Shown: positions 7,330-17,482 of the stretch, one piece after another
Position numbering within the stretch: position 1 is the stretch's first letter
Layout: every line of letters begins with the position of its first letter
The notes under the pieces: generated by a model
Databases searched by the model: none
Seen by the model: the letters and a program-made list of their open reading frames with translations, nothing else
What the model was told of the DNA's origin: nothing
Assembly (NCBI GenBank): GCA_043798915.1
Contig: JAZDOG010000023.1
Location: forward strand, 1-27,392
Length of the DNA stretch: 27,392 nt
Direction of reading: 5' to 3'
From: Pseudomonadota bacterium
Lineage (GTDB): Bacteria; UBA10199; 2-02-FULL-44-16; JAAZCA01
Made by a program: the position numbers and the translations under genes

Positions 7330-7908
7330 TTAAAGTTTAAACGCGCCCTGTATCCCCACCCTCATCATCATCACAGCGATCGCGGCGAGGAAGAGGCCGA
7401 CGATCTTCGAAAGGGCCGTCATCCCGCCTGTGCCCAGCGCCCTGGCGATGTAGCGGCTGTATATGAAAACCAGCGCCACGAGGCCCAAGTTGGCCACTAG
7501 ACTCGCGATCACCCACGGCAATTCATGGCTGTCGACCTGGATGAGGAGCGTCGTGATGGATGCGGGGCCGACGATGAGCGGCACCCCCAGCGGGACGATG
7601 CCAACAGCATGGTCCAGCTTCTCCTCGCGCTCCTTCCCCGAAAGGACCATATCGAGTGCGATGAGCAGGAGGATGATCCCGCCGGCTATCTTGAAATCAT
7701 GCACCGATATGCCGAGGAAGGTGAATATCCCTTTGCCCAGCATGAGAAACGCGACCGCAAAGATGACAGCAGTGAGCATGGTGAGGCCTATGACCCGCTT
7801 CATCTGGCGCGGGGCCATGCCCTCGGTGAGGCTTAAGTAGATGGGGATCACGCCCAGAGGATCGATTGCCACGAAGAGCGGAATGAAACACATCATAAAC
7901 GAGCCCAT
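7330..7908 (-). CDS. MarC-family (NAAT) inner-membrane protein
   Basis: LFVAIDPLGVIP, FLGIS..DFKIAGGIILLLIALDM, IVPLGVPLIVGPASIT, KIVGLFLAAIAV. GGAGG RBS. Confidence 0.92.
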   Translation of the reverse strand: MGSFMMCFIPLFVAIDPLGVIPIYLSLTEGMAPRQMKRVIGLTMLTAVIFAVAFLMLGKGIFTFLGISVHDFKIAGGIILLLIALDMVLSGKEREEKLDHAVGIVPLGVPLIVGPASITTLLIQVDSHELPWVIASLVANLGLVALVFIYSRYIARALGTGGMTALSKIVGLFLAAIAVMMMRVGIQGAFKL

Positions 7909-7920
7909 TGAAACCTCCGT

Positions 7921-9453
7921 TTATACCGCCAGCGTCCCGCATGCATCCTCGGCCGCGGCGACGAGTTCTCCAGAGCGCACGAGTTCTTCGCAGTGCGCAA
8001 TATCGTGCCTGTATTCGCGGTCTCCCTCGATGAACGGAACGCACTGCCGCACGAGTTTGTAAACGCCAGCCGTGCCTCTGCCGGGCCTTCCGTATTGATG
8101 CTGAAGGTCGATCGCCTGGCACGCTGCGAGGACCTCGATTGCAATGATCGTCTCGACGTTCCGGATGATGGCGAGCGCCTTGCGGCCCGCGATGGGCCCC
8201 ATGCTCACATGGTCCTCCTGTCCACCGCTCGTCGGTATGGAGTCGACCGACGCGGGATGCGCCAGGGCCCTGTTTTCGGAGACAAGGGCGCTCATCGTCA
8301 CGTGCGCGATCATGAGCCCGGAATTGAGCCCCGGGTTCGGCACCAGGAATCTCGTCTTGAGCTCGCCTGAGAGCGGTGCCGTCATTATAGCCACCCGCCG
8401 CTCGGAGATACTCCCCAACTCGGAGGTCGCAATCGCGATCATGTCGAGCGCGAATGCCAGGGGCTCGCCGTGAAAATTGCCGCCGGAGATGATCTCATCG
8501 TCCTCCGCAAATATGATCGGGTTGTCGGTGCAACTCCCGGTCTCCCTCATAATTACGGAGCGCGAGTAGGCGAGGGCATCCTTCACCGCGCCGTGCACCT
8601 GCGGGATACAGCGGAAGGAATAAGGGTCCTGCACCCTCTTGCAGTTTGCATGGCTCGCAATGATGCCGCTTGCGACGATGAGCCTTCGCACGTTGGCGGC
8701 CGTCGCGATCTGCCCCGGATGAGGACGAAGTTTGTGAATCCTCGCATCGAAAGGCCGGCGCGAAGCGCGATCTCCCTCGATCGAAAGCGCACCGGCGATG
8801 TCGGCCACCTTTATAAGATTCTCAAGCCTCACCAGTGCGGCCGCGCCCATCGCCGCCATCGCCTGCGTGCCGTTGGTGAGGGCGAGCCCCTCCTTCGCCG
8901 AAAGCCTGATGGGCTTGAGACCCTCCGCCTTCAGGGCGCGCTTCGCAGCGACGACCCTGCCTTTGTGGAAGACATCGCCGCGGCCGATCATCGCCAGCGC
9001 GATGTGCGCCAACGGCGCAAGATCACCGCTCGCCCCTACCGACCCCTGCTCCGGGATGATGGGCACGACGCCGCGGTTCATCATGTTGACGAGGAGCTTG
9101 AGGGTCTCCTCGCGAACGCCGGAATAACCCATGGCCAGGACATTGGCGCGCAGAAGCATGATGAGCCGCGCCATCGGGAGCGAAAACGGATTTCCGACGC
9201 CGACCGCATGCGAGAGGATCAGATTTTCCTGGAGCTTTTCAAGATCCGCTGGAGGTATCGGCCGATCCGCGAGCATCCCGAAGCCGGTGTTGATTCCGTA
9301 GAACGGTTCGCGCGAGGCGAGCTTCTTCTCGACGAAGGCCCTGGCCCTCTTAACGCGCGCCATGGCCTTTGAAGAGACGGCGACGCGCACCCCTCCCTCG
9401 AGAAATTCCTTCATCTCAGCAAGCGACAACGCCCCGCCGTCGATGACTAGCAT
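7921..9453 (-). CDS. hutH: Histidine ammonia-lyase
   Basis: YGINTGFG, LILSHAVGVG (His-specific SH), GSVGASGDLAPLAH (MIO Ala-Ser-Gly), VQDPYSFRCIPQVHGA, GGNFHGEP, QEDHVSMG. Confidence 0.93.
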   Translation of the reverse strand: MLVIDGGALSLAEMKEFLEGGVRVAVSSKAMARVKRARAFVEKKLASREPFYGINTGFGMLADRPIPPADLEKLQENLILSHAVGVGNPFSLPMARLIMLLRANVLAMGYSGVREETLKLLVNMMNRGVVPIIPEQGSVGASGDLAPLAHIALAMIGRGDVFHKGRVVAAKRALKAEGLKPIRLSAKEGLALTNGTQAMAAMGAAALVRLENLIKVADIAGALSIEGDRASRRPFDARIHKLRPHPGQIATAANVRRLIVASGIIASHANCKRVQDPYSFRCIPQVHGAVKDALAYSRSVIMRETGSCTDNPIIFAEDDEIISGGNFHGEPLAFALDMIAIATSELGSISERRVAIMTAPLSGELKTRFLVPNPGLNSGLMIAHVTMSALVSENRALAHPASVDSIPTSGGQEDHVSMGPIAGRKALAIIRNVETIIAIEVLAACQAIDLQHQYGRPGRGTAGVYKLVRQCVPFIEGDREYRHDIAHCEELVRSGELVAAAEDACGTLAV

Positions 9454-9456
9454 CTT

Positions 9457-10155
9457 TTATTTCCCCCTGAATCCTATCTCCGCATCGGAGTGGCGGATGT
9501 AATTCGGGACGAGGGATGCTATGTCGTCGCCCTTTCCGCGCTCGAAGCGCGGGAGCGAAAGAAGCGCCAGGTTGACGGCCTGAGGAAGAGAGGATGTCCC
9601 GGCGGCGATCTCCGCCCTCGCCCCCACAGCTTTGAGGATACGGGCTCCATATTCGATCGCGCCGTCTCCCACTAAAAGAAGATTCCCTTTTATTCGCTTC
9701 AATGCCTTGATGAGATCAAGCGGGGGCAGCACACACTCCCTCAACACGAATACGGTCCTCCCCCTCTGCGGAACTTTGATGGCCGCGGCATATATCTCGC
9801 CACGCCGCGCATCTATGAGCGGAACGACGGTCCCGGCGAAACCTCGCCCGTTGAGCGCAAGCGAAGCGAGAGAAGAGACCCCGGCGACAGGCACGCCGAG
9901 CGCGAGTGCGATCCCCTTTGCGGTGCCGAGCCCGATTCGCAATCCCGTGAACGAGCCGGGACCGATAGCCACGGCGACCGCATCGAGTTCGCCCCGCTGC
10001 CATTGCGCGAGCGACAGGAGGTGGTCGATCGAAACCATGAGCCTCTCGGAGTGTGTGCCGGGGACGCCCTGCTGCTCCTGCGCGACGAGTCTCTCATCTT
10101 CCGAGAGCGCCACGGAGCCCAGCATCGAAGTAGTGTCTATGGATAGAATGCGCAT
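9457..10155 (-). CDS. tsaB: tRNA t6A modification protein TsaB
   Basis: ILSIDTT, HSERL, GPGSFTGLRIG, IDARRGEIY, LVPNYIR. Confidence 0.95.
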   Translation of the reverse strand: MRILSIDTTSMLGSVALSEDERLVAQEQQGVPGTHSERLMVSIDHLLSLAQWQRGELDAVAVAIGPGSFTGLRIGLGTAKGIALALGVPVAGVSSLASLALNGRGFAGTVVPLIDARRGEIYAAAIKVPQRGRTVFVLRECVLPPLDLIKALKRIKGNLLLVGDGAIEYGARILKAVGARAEIAAGTSSLPQAVNLALLSLPRFERGKGDDIASLVPNYIRHSDAEIGFRGK

Positions 10156-10163
10156 GCCGATTT

Positions 10164-10225
10164 GTCATTCCTGCGGAAGCAGGAATCCCTTGAACGCATT
10201 GGATTCCCGCTTTCGCGGGAATGAC
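10164..10225. repeat. dRS3-like REP doublet (GTCATTCCyGC family)
   Basis: GTCATTCCTGCGGAAGCAGGAATCC (10164-10188) and inverted GGATTCCCGCTTTCGCGGGAATGAC (10201-10225). Fills the rseP-tsaB gap. Confidence 0.85.
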
Positions 10226-10231
10226 TTCCCG

Positions 10232-11578
10232 CTAGAATATTTTCTTCAGTATTTCCTTTATCCCCCACACATTCTGAATATCATTATATGTGACGAGGAG
10301 CATGAGGGAGATCAGGACCACAAAACCGACCTGGTCGGCAACCGAGCGTATCCGGACGCTGAGCGGATGTTTGAACAGCGCCTCGAAGCCTAAGAAAACC
10401 AGGTGGCCGCCGTCCAGCACCGGTATCGGAAGAAAATTCAGTATGGAAAGCTGAAGGCTCAGGAATGCCAGGAAGTAGAGAAAGTCGGAAAGGCCCGATG
10501 CGGCCGCCGCGGCCGAGGTCTTCGCGATGATGATCGGGCCGCCGAGCACTTTATAGGAGAGCTTGCCCGTCACGAGGCGCCGGAGCACATCCATGGTCAG
10601 CCCGGCAAGCTTCACGTTCTCCTTCGTGCCCATGACGATCGAATTGATGAACCCGTAGCGCACCACGAACATCGGGACGCCGCTCCTGCGGTCCTTCGAG
10701 ATGCCGATGAGCCACCGGCCATACTCCTCGCTGTGGACGGGCGTGACCTGAAACGACTGCGTCCCGCCGTCGCGCATGACGACGATCGGCGCCGTGGCGC
10801 CGCGGTTGGCATCCACGCGGGCCGAGAGATCGATCCAGTCGGCCACCGGTTCGCCGGCGAACGAGACCACCTTGTCGCCAGCCTTGAGTCCCGCCGCAGC
10901 CGCCGGCCCCTGCGAGCGGATGCCGTCGATCGTCGCCTCATTGCCCATGAAGAGCATCGGTTCGAAGCCGACGTAGCCGCCTTTGAGCTCCGGCATCTCG
11001 CCGACGGTCACGCTGCGCTCGATCCGCTCCCCTCCCCGCATGGTTTCGATCTTCAGCTTCGAGCCGGGCCCGAGCAGCACCCGGTTCAGGACATCCTCCC
11101 AGCTCTTCGCCGATTTTCCGTCGACCGAGACTATCAGGTCGCCCTTCTCGAAACCCGCGCCCGCCGCCGGCGAGCCGACCCGCACGCCCATGAGCGCCGG
11201 GGTCTCGTGGAGAAAGACCGGCTCCGACCTCCCGATCATGAAGACGATCGGCATAAACACGAGGCAGAGGAAGAGATTCATGAGCGGCCCGAAGATGATG
11301 ACCTTGACCCTCGCCCACACGCTCTTTGCGGCAAAGGATCGCGGGTCGCCAGCAGCTTCGTCGCTGGCATCCTCGCCGCGCATCTTGACGTAACCGCCCA
11401 GCGGGAGCAGGGAGATGCGATAGTCGGTCTCCCCACGCTTTATGCCGAAGAGCCTTGGCCCAAACCCCAGCGAAAACGCCTCGACGTATATGCCCGCCCG
11501 CTTCGCGAATATGAAATGTCCGAGCTCATGGACGAAGATGAGCAACCCCAGCGCAATGATGAAATAGATTATGGTCAT
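10232..11578 (-). CDS. rseP: RIP metalloprotease RseP (two PDZ domains)
   Basis: HELGH zinc motif, [27 protein letters not shown]. Follows dxr. Confidence 0.96.
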   Translation of the reverse strand: MTIIYFIIALGLLIFVHELGHFIFAKRAGIYVEAFSLGFGPRLFGIKRGETDYRISLLPLGGYVKMRGEDASDEAAGDPRSFAAKSVWARVKVIIFGPLMNLFLCLVFMPIVFMIGRSEPVFLHETPALMGVRVGSPAAGAGFEKGDLIVSVDGKSAKSWEDVLNRVLLGPGSKLKIETMRGGERIERSVTVGEMPELKGGYVGFEPMLFMGNEATIDGIRSQGPAAAAGLKAGDKVVSFAGEPVADWIDLSARVDANRGATAPIVVMRDGGTQSFQVTPVHSEEYGRWLIGISKDRRSGVPMFVVRYGFINSIVMGTKENVKLAGLTMDVLRRLVTGKLSYKVLGGPIIIAKTSAAAAASGLSDFLYFLAFLSLQLSILNFLPIPVLDGGHLVFLGFEALFKHPLSVRIRSVADQVGFVVLISLMLLVTYNDIQNVWGIKEILKKIF

Positions 11579-12723
11579 ATAAGTTCGCGCGCCTTTCCAC
11601 GCGCCCAGCTGTCGATCTCCAATATCTCCTCGATCGTGTCGAACGGGCGCGGTTCATGCGCATCCATCGTCTTCTTTACGATGCGCGCGATGTCGCCGAA
11701 ACGGATGCGCCCCTCGATGAACGCCGCCACCGCGATCTCATTGGCCGCATTGAGGCAGCACGGCATCGAGCCCCCCGCTCCGAGCGCCAAGTATGCGAGA
11801 TCGAGGCAGGGAAAGCGCTTCCGGTCGGGCATCTCGAATGACAGATTCCCGATCTTTGCCAGGTCAAGTTTCTCCACACCGCTCTCCACACGCTTGGGAT
11901 GAGAGATCGCATAAGCGATCGGCGCGCGCATGTCTGGAACTCCCAGCTCGGCCATGACGCAGCCGTCCGTGTACTCGACCATAGAGTGAACGATGCTCTG
12001 TGGATGGACGACGACGTCGATCTTCTCCGGCGGCACATCGAAGAGCCACCGCGCCTCGATGACCTCCAGCCCCTTGTTCATGAGCGTCGCCGAATCGATC
12101 GTTATCTTGGCGCCCATCGACCACCGCGGATGTTTGAGGGCCGCCGCAGGCGTTGCATTCTCGATCTCCGAAAGGCTCGCGCGCAAAAACGGCCCGCCCG
12201 AGGCGGTGAGGATGATCCTTGAGACGTCCTCGCGGCGGTGGCCGGCCAGCGACTGGTAGATCGCGGAATGCTCGCTGTCGACCGGCAGGATCTCCACGCC
12301 TTTTCTGGCGGCGAGCACAGTCACGAGTTCGCCCGCGACCACCATCGTCTCCTTGTTGGCGAGCGCGATCCTCTTCCCCGCCTTTATGGCGGAGATCGTG
12401 GGAGCAAGCCCCGCCGCGCCGACTATCGCCGAGACGACGGTATCGACCCCGTCAGCGGCCGCGACGGCGCATGCGCCTTCGATGCCGTGCAGGACTTCCG
12501 GGCAGCCTGCGCCCGCTATCTCCTTGAGCCTCTTCGCCGAAGCCACATCGCGCACGGAGACGAGCTTAGGGCCAAACTCCTTGATCTGCCTTGCAAGGAG
12601 CTCCACGTCGTGCCCCTCGGCGAGCCCGGCGATGCGGAACCTCTCTGGATGGCGCCGCACGACATCGAGCGTGCTCTGGCCGATGGAGCCGGTGCTGCCC
12701 AGAATTGAAAGTGTTTTAATCAT
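11575..12723 (-). CDS. dxr: 1-deoxy-D-xylulose-5-phosphate reductoisomerase
   Basis: [61 protein letters not shown]. Start at ATG 12723 with ATGA overlap with the cdsA stop. Confidence 0.97.
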   Translation of the reverse strand: MIKTLSILGSTGSIGQSTLDVVRRHPERFRIAGLAEGHDVELLARQIKEFGPKLVSVRDVASAKRLKEIAGAGCPEVLHGIEGACAVAAADGVDTVVSAIVGAAGLAPTISAIKAGKRIALANKETMVVAGELVTVLAARKGVEILPVDSEHSAIYQSLAGHRREDVSRIILTASGGPFLRASLSEIENATPAAALKHPRWSMGAKITIDSATLMNKGLEVIEARWLFDVPPEKIDVVVHPQSIVHSMVEYTDGCVMAELGVPDMRAPIAYAISHPKRVESGVEKLDLAKIGNLSFEMPDRKRFPCLDLAYLALGAGGSMPCCLNAANEIAVAAFIEGRIRFGDIARIVKKTMDAHEPRPFDTIEEILEIDSWARGKARELI

Positions 12724-13517
12724 ATTCCTATCACATATTTCACGAACACATACGCGGCGGGCCCGGAAAAGATCAGCGCATCGAGCCTGTCGAGGACGCC
12801 GCCGTGACCCGGAATGATGCTTCCGGAATCCTTCACGCCCGCGCTGCGCTTGAGCATCGACTCGATAAGGTCGCCCATGGGCGAGATTATCCAGATGACG
12901 AGCGCCAGGCCCAAGGCAAATTGCCACGCGATCTGAGGCAGCACCAGCCACCGCACCAGAAATGTCCCCACGAGCGACCCAACGAGAGCGCCGACAAATC
13001 CTTCGACGGTCTTATTGGGGCTCACCAGCGGCGACATGCGCCTCTTGCCGAATAGCTTTCCGGCGAAGAATGCAAATGTGTCACAGAGGCAGGCCGGGGC
13101 AAGGGTTAATAGAACTAACTCGCGTCCCCAATACAGCCCGCGCAGCCAGCCCCAGAATGGAAACGCGAGGCCGAGATAGACGATGCCCAGTATTGAAAGG
13201 CCGAGCTGCTCGGCGATGCCGGTCAAGTCGGTTGCGCGCCACATGAAAAGGAGCGCCATCAGGAACAGCAGCGCCGCCAGGAGGATGACGATCGACTCCG
13301 GGCTCAGAGGACAAAAAAGCATCGCAGCGGAGAGCGCGAGGCCGGAAAGTGTCGTGGCCCAGCGCATGACGCCGTCGCGGATGAATATCCGGCTGAACTC
13401 GAAGAGCCCCAGCGCCGCGATGGCCACGACCAGGAGGTTGAACAACCTCCCCGGCAGCCACCAGATGACCGCGATGGCCAGCGCCCCAAGGATCACAGCG
13501 GTGATTATGCGAAGCAT
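12720..13517 (-). CDS. cdsA: Phosphatidate cytidylyltransferase
   Basis: [46 protein letters not shown]. Confidence 0.96.
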   Translation of the reverse strand: MLRIITAVILGALAIAVIWWLPGRLFNLLVVAIAALGLFEFSRIFIRDGVMRWATTLSGLALSAAMLFCPLSPESIVILLAALLFLMALLFMWRATDLTGIAEQLGLSILGIVYLGLAFPFWGWLRGLYWGRELVLLTLAPACLCDTFAFFAGKLFGKRRMSPLVSPNKTVEGFVGALVGSLVGTFLVRWLVLPQIAWQFALGLALVIWIISPMGDLIESMLKRSAGVKDSGSIIPGHGGVLDRLDALIFSGPAAYVFVKYVIGI

Positions 13518-14234
13518 CTATCCCCCTGACGCCTTCGGCGCCACCTGTTCGCTCGTCAGGCCATAGCGGCGCTCGCGCCCGGCAAAAGACTTTATCGCCC
13601 GGTCGAGTTCAGCCTCGCCGAAATCAGGCCAGAGAATCTCGGTGAAAAAGAGCTCCGTGTAGGCCAGCTGCCAGAGGAGAAAATTGCTGATGCGGTACTC
13701 GCCGCTGGTGCGGATCAGGAGATCGGGGTCGGGGATATCGGTCGTGTACAGCGCGGACGAAAATCTCTCCGGCGTTATCTCCTTCACCCCGGCGCGGAGG
13801 AGGTTTGTCACGGCCCTGCATATCTCCTGCCTCCCGCCGTATGACAGCGCCACGATGAGCGTCATGTCCTTGCCGCCGCGCGTCGCCTCCGCGGTCTCCG
13901 CCAGGTCGCGGCCCACATCCTCGGAGAGCTTCGAGACGTCGCCGATCGTCATGAAACGGATCCCCTTCTCGAGCATCTCATCCCGCTTGCTGGCCAGGAA
14001 GATGCGCAGGAGCTGCATGAGCCCGCTGACCTCCTCGGAGGGTCTCATCCAGTTCTCCTCGGAGAAGGCATAGAGCGTGAGATATTTGACGCCGCGGTCG
14101 TGGCATGCGCGGACGATCTTTTCAATCGTCTCCGCCCCGCGCCTGTGCCCCTCGGCGCGAGCGAGCCCGTGCTCCTGGGCCCAGTGCCCGTTGCCGTCCA
14201 TGATTATCGCTATGTGATTGGGAATATTTTTCAC
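13518..14234 (-). CDS. uppS: Undecaprenyl/isoprenyl diphosphate synthase
   Basis: PNHIAIIMDGNGHWA, TLYAFSEENW.RP, LSYGGRQEI, PDLLIRTSGEYRISNFLLWQLAY. GTG start. Confidence 0.95.
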   Translation of the reverse strand: MKNIPNHIAIIMDGNGHWAQEHGLARAEGHRRGAETIEKIVRACHDRGVKYLTLYAFSEENWMRPSEEVSGLMQLLRIFLASKRDEMLEKGIRFMTIGDVSKLSEDVGRDLAETAEATRGGKDMTLIVALSYGGRQEICRAVTNLLRAGVKEITPERFSSALYTTDIPDPDLLIRTSGEYRISNFLLWQLAYTELFFTEILWPDFGEAELDRAIKSFAGRERRYGLTSEQVAPKASGG

Positions 14235-14244
14235 GGCGATCCGG

Positions 14245-14802
14245 TCACACCTGCATTATGTCCTTCTCTTTGTGCGCCAGAGTCTCGTCGATCTGCTTGA
14301 TGCAGTCATCCGTCATCTTCTGGATGCGCTCGATGCCCTTGCGCTCATCGTCCTCGGTGATCGTCGACCCCTTCTGCAGGGCCTTGAGCTCCTCATTGGC
14401 GTCGCGGCGAACGTTTCTCACGCTCACCTTGCACTCCTCGCCATGCTTGTGGATCACCTTGACAAACTCCTTGCGCCTCTCCTCGTTGAGCGCCGGTATC
14501 GGCAGTCGGATGACCTTGCCGTCATTCACGGGGTTCAACCCCAAGCCCGATTTTTGTATCGCCTTCTCGATGGCGGAGGCTGCGGACGTGTCCCACGGCT
14601 GGATCGCAATCGTGCGCGCATCCGGCACGGAGAGCGTGGCGAGCTGGTTGAGCGGCGTGGCCGCGCCGTAATAATCCACGCGCACGTCGTCGAGGATCGA
14701 GAGCGACGCCCTGCCGGTCCTCATCTTGGAGAGCTCATGGCGCAGCGCCTCCACGACCTTCTTCATCCTCTCTGTCGCCTTGTCGAAAACTTTGTTATCC
14801 AT
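14245..14802 (-). CDS. frr: Ribosome recycling factor
   Basis: [50 protein letters not shown]. Confidence 0.97.
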   Translation of the reverse strand: MDNKVFDKATERMKKVVEALRHELSKMRTGRASLSILDDVRVDYYGAATPLNQLATLSVPDARTIAIQPWDTSAASAIEKAIQKSGLGLNPVNDGKVIRLPIPALNEERRKEFVKVIHKHGEECKVSVRNVRRDANEELKALQKGSTITEDDERKGIERIQKMTDDCIKQIDETLAHKEKDIMQV

Positions 14803-15514
14803 AGATCACCGTTCCTATTTTTGCTCCCCCTATTATCTTCTCGAGATTTTCAGGAACGAACATGTCGAAGACAACGACGGGGAGTCTGTTGTCCATGCAC
14901 ATGGATATCGCCGTGGCATCCATCACCTTGAGCTGCTTCTTCAAGACATCGAGATACGTGAGTTTCTCGAAGCGCGTGGCCTTTGGGTTTTTCTTCGGGT
15001 CGGCGGAATAGACGCCATCCACCTTCGTGCCTTTGAGGATCACTTCTGCGCCGATCTCCAGCGCTCTGAGCGATGCGGCGGTGTCGGTCGAGAAAAACGG
15101 GTTGCCGGTGCCGCCGGCGAAGACGAGAGTCCTGCCCTCTTCGAGGTGAACGAGGGCATTCCGGCGGACAAACGGCTCGGCGACATTGTGCATCGCGATG
15201 GAGGTCATGAGGCTCGTGGCAAGGCCCGCCTTCTCCATCGCCTCCTGCAGGGCCAGCCCGTTGATGACGGTAGCCAGCATCCCCATCATGTCGGCTTGGG
15301 GCCGATCGATCTTGCCCTCTGCCGATGCCGCCGCGCCTCGGAAGATGTTCCCGCCTCCGATGACGACGGCCATCTGGACGCCGCTCTCGACGACGGGCTT
15401 GATCTCCAGCGCAATCTTCGATGCGGTCTTGATGCTGACGCCGTCCGTCTGGCCCTCAGGCAGCAGGGCCTCGCCGGACAACTTGAGCACAACGCGCTTG
15501 TATTTGGGTTTCAT
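14795..15514 (-). CDS. pyrH: UMP kinase
   Basis: [51 protein letters not shown]. Confidence 0.97.
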   Translation of the reverse strand: MKPKYKRVVLKLSGEALLPEGQTDGVSIKTASKIALEIKPVVESGVQMAVVIGGGNIFRGAAASAEGKIDRPQADMMGMLATVINGLALQEAMEKAGLATSLMTSIAMHNVAEPFVRRNALVHLEEGRTLVFAGGTGNPFFSTDTAASLRALEIGAEVILKGTKVDGVYSADPKKNPKATRFEKLTYLDVLKKQLKVMDATAISMCMDNRLPVVVFDMFVPENLEKIIGGAKIGTVIYG

Positions 15515-15533
15515 GCGCCCCCCGCCTTACGCC

Positions 15534-16403
15534 CTATGCCTTCTTCTCGATCCCCTCGCCCACCTGCATCCTCACGAACGTGGCGACGCGAATGGATGCG
15601 TCTATCTTCTTGAGCCATGCTCCGACGGGCGATTTTCCATCCGGATCGCGGACGTATATTTGGTCGTCCAGGCAGACCTCAGTGAAGAATTTGCCGATCT
15701 TTCCCGAGACGATCTTCTCCATGACCTCGGGCGGCTTCTTCATGTCGCCCATCTGCGCCAGCATGATCTCTTTTTCCTTGGCGAGGACGTCGGCTGGCAC
15801 CTCGCTGCGGTTTGTGTACTGCGGGTGCATCGCCGCGACGTGCATCGCAATCTCGCGGGCGGTCGTCGGATCGAGCTTGGCCGAAGGGTCGTCGAACACG
15901 ACGATCACGCCTATCTTCGAGCCGGCGTGGATGTACTGCGAGAGTTTCTGCGTCGGGCCCGCGGCCACGCGCGAGAAACGCCTGACGCCCAGGTTCTCGC
16001 CGATTTTGGCGATGAGGCCCGTCTGCGTCTCCTTGACCGTTGCGGAGCCCATGGCGGTGCTAAAGAGGGCGTCGAGGTCGCGCGGATTTTTCTCCTTCAC
16101 AATCTCTGTGACGGACTTCACGAAGCCCTGGAAATCCTCCGTCTTCGTGACGAAATCAGTCTCGCAGTTAACCTCGGTGAGCACGCCGAGCCTGGCGTCG
16201 CCGCTCAAGTGCGAGCCGATGAGGCCGTCGGCCGCGATGCGTCCGGCCTTCCTTTCGGCTGTGGAGATGCCCTTCTTGCGCAGGATCTCGAATGCGCCGT
16301 TCATGTCGCCGCTCGCTTCAGCGAGCGCATTTTTGCAGTCCATCATCCCCGCGCCGGTCTTCTCGCGCAGGTCCTTCACCATTGTGGGTGTGATGTCGCT
16401 CAT
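15534..16403 (-). CDS. tsf: Translation elongation factor Ts
   Basis: VKDLREKTGAGMMDCKNAL, EVNCETDFV, KIGENLGVRR, IAMHVAA. Confidence 0.97.
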   Translation of the reverse strand: MSDITPTMVKDLREKTGAGMMDCKNALAEASGDMNGAFEILRKKGISTAERKAGRIAADGLIGSHLSGDARLGVLTEVNCETDFVTKTEDFQGFVKSVTEIVKEKNPRDLDALFSTAMGSATVKETQTGLIAKIGENLGVRRFSRVAAGPTQKLSQYIHAGSKIGVIVVFDDPSAKLDPTTAREIAMHVAAMHPQYTNRSEVPADVLAKEKEIMLAQMGDMKKPPEVMEKIVSGKIGKFFTEVCLDDQIYVRDPDGKSPVGAWLKKIDASIRVATFVRMQVGEGIEKKA

Positions 16404-16439
16404 CTGTGAAATCCTCCTTATATTTTATGATCCGATATC

Positions 16440-16531
16440 TCCCTCCCCTTTGTAAGGGGAGGGTCGGGGTGGGGTAGATCACTGATGCAACAAAGATCTA
16501 CCTCCCCTTCCCCTCCTTACAAAGGAGGGGA
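16440..16531. repeat. Double-hairpin palindromic element, copy 2 (rpsB-tsf gap)
   Basis: Same arms and orientation as 6759-6852, with a different 18-nt spacer. Confidence 0.92.
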
Positions 16532-16549
16532 AAATCAAACAGGCTGTCA

Positions 16550-17482
16550 TTACGATTGAGTGCCCGTATCAGTCTTCTCTTCTGTTGTCGTCTCCACCGG
16601 TGTCTCCACCGGCACCTCGGCCTTTGCGCTCGCAAACTTCTCGGCCTCGGCCGCAGCCAGCCCCTTGTCCTCGCCCAGGCGTCCGACCCAGGCCTTGCCC
16701 TTGCCGCCGATCTTCTGCTCGCGGACCGCAGCGCCCTTCGGCCTTGCGCCCTTCTCCTTCTCCGCCGCAGCCGTCTGCTCGCGCAGGGCCGCCTCGCGGC
16801 GCTTGCCGCCCTCGACGCAGGCGTCGGCAGCCAGCTTCGTGAAATACTGGATGGAGCGGATCGCATCGTCGTTGCCGACGACCGGATGGTCGATGCCGTC
16901 TGGATCGCTGTTCGTGTCGATCAGCGCTACAATGGGGATTCCGAGCTTCATCGCCTCGCGCTTGGCGATCTCCTCGTGGTTGGGGTCGACGATGAAGATG
17001 ACGCCCGGCAGGCGGGTCATGCTCTTGATCCCGCCGAGGGAATGTTCGAGCTTCGTGATCTCGCGCTCGATCATGAGCGCCTCTTTCTTCGTCAGCTTAT
17101 CGAGCTCGCCCTTTTCCTTCCGGACGTAAAAACCGTTCAGCCGGTCGATCGACTTTTTGATCGTCCCGAAATTCGTGAGCATGCCGCCCAGCCAGCGGTT
17201 CGAGACATAATACTGGCCGGAGCGCTGCGCCTCCGATTCGATCACGTCGTGCGCCTGCTTCTTGGTTCCGACGAAGAGGACGCTATTCCCAAGCGCCACG
17301 GTGTCGGCGATGAACTTGTGGGCCCTTTTTGCCTGCTCGACCGTCTGCTCTAAATCGATGATGTGGATCCCATCGCGCGCCGTGAAGATGTACGGCCGCA
17401 TCTTGGGATTCCAGCGTCTGGTCTGGTGACCGAAATGGACACCTGCCTCCAGCAACTCCTTTACCTCGATTTCCGGCGACAT
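16550..17482 (-). CDS. rpsB: 30S ribosomal protein S2 with long C-terminal tail
   Basis: LLEAGVHFGHQTRRWNPKM, LFVGTKKQA, RWLGGMLTNF, DTNSDPD, GNDDAIRSI. AAGGAGG RBS. Confidence 0.97.
   Translation of the reverse strand: MSPEIEVKELLEAGVHFGHQTRRWNPKMRPYIFTARDGIHIIDLEQTVEQAKRAHKFIADTVALGNSVLFVGTKKQAHDVIESEAQRSGQYYVSNRWLGGMLTNFGTIKKSIDRLNGFYVRKEKGELDKLTKKEALMIEREITKLEHSLGGIKSMTRLPGVIFIVDPNHEEIAKREAMKLGIPIVALIDTNSDPDGIDHPVVGNDDAIRSIQYFTKLAADACVEGGKRREAALREQTAAAEKEKGARPKGAAVREQKIGGKGKAWVGRLGEDKGLAAAEAEKFASAKAEVPVETPVETTTEEKTDTGTQS

Noticed and set aside
7921..9453. Phe/Tyr ammonia-lyase or aminomutase of a secondary-metabolite cluster
   Set aside because: The SH specificity motif and QEDHVSM indicate histidine ammonia-lyase, and there are no NRPS/PKS genes nearby.
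10403..11902. 499-aa plus-strand ORF
   Set aside because: Antisense shadow of rseP/dxr, expected in high-GC DNA, with no recognisable motifs.
6060..12951. ORF-track long starts for pssA (6218) and dxr (12951)
   Set aside because: They overlap psd and cdsA. The ATGA-coupled starts at 6059 and 12723 match the family N-termini.
14726..16455. Plus-strand ORFs of 295, 407 and 291 aa
   Set aside because: Antisense to well-supported pyrH and tsf.
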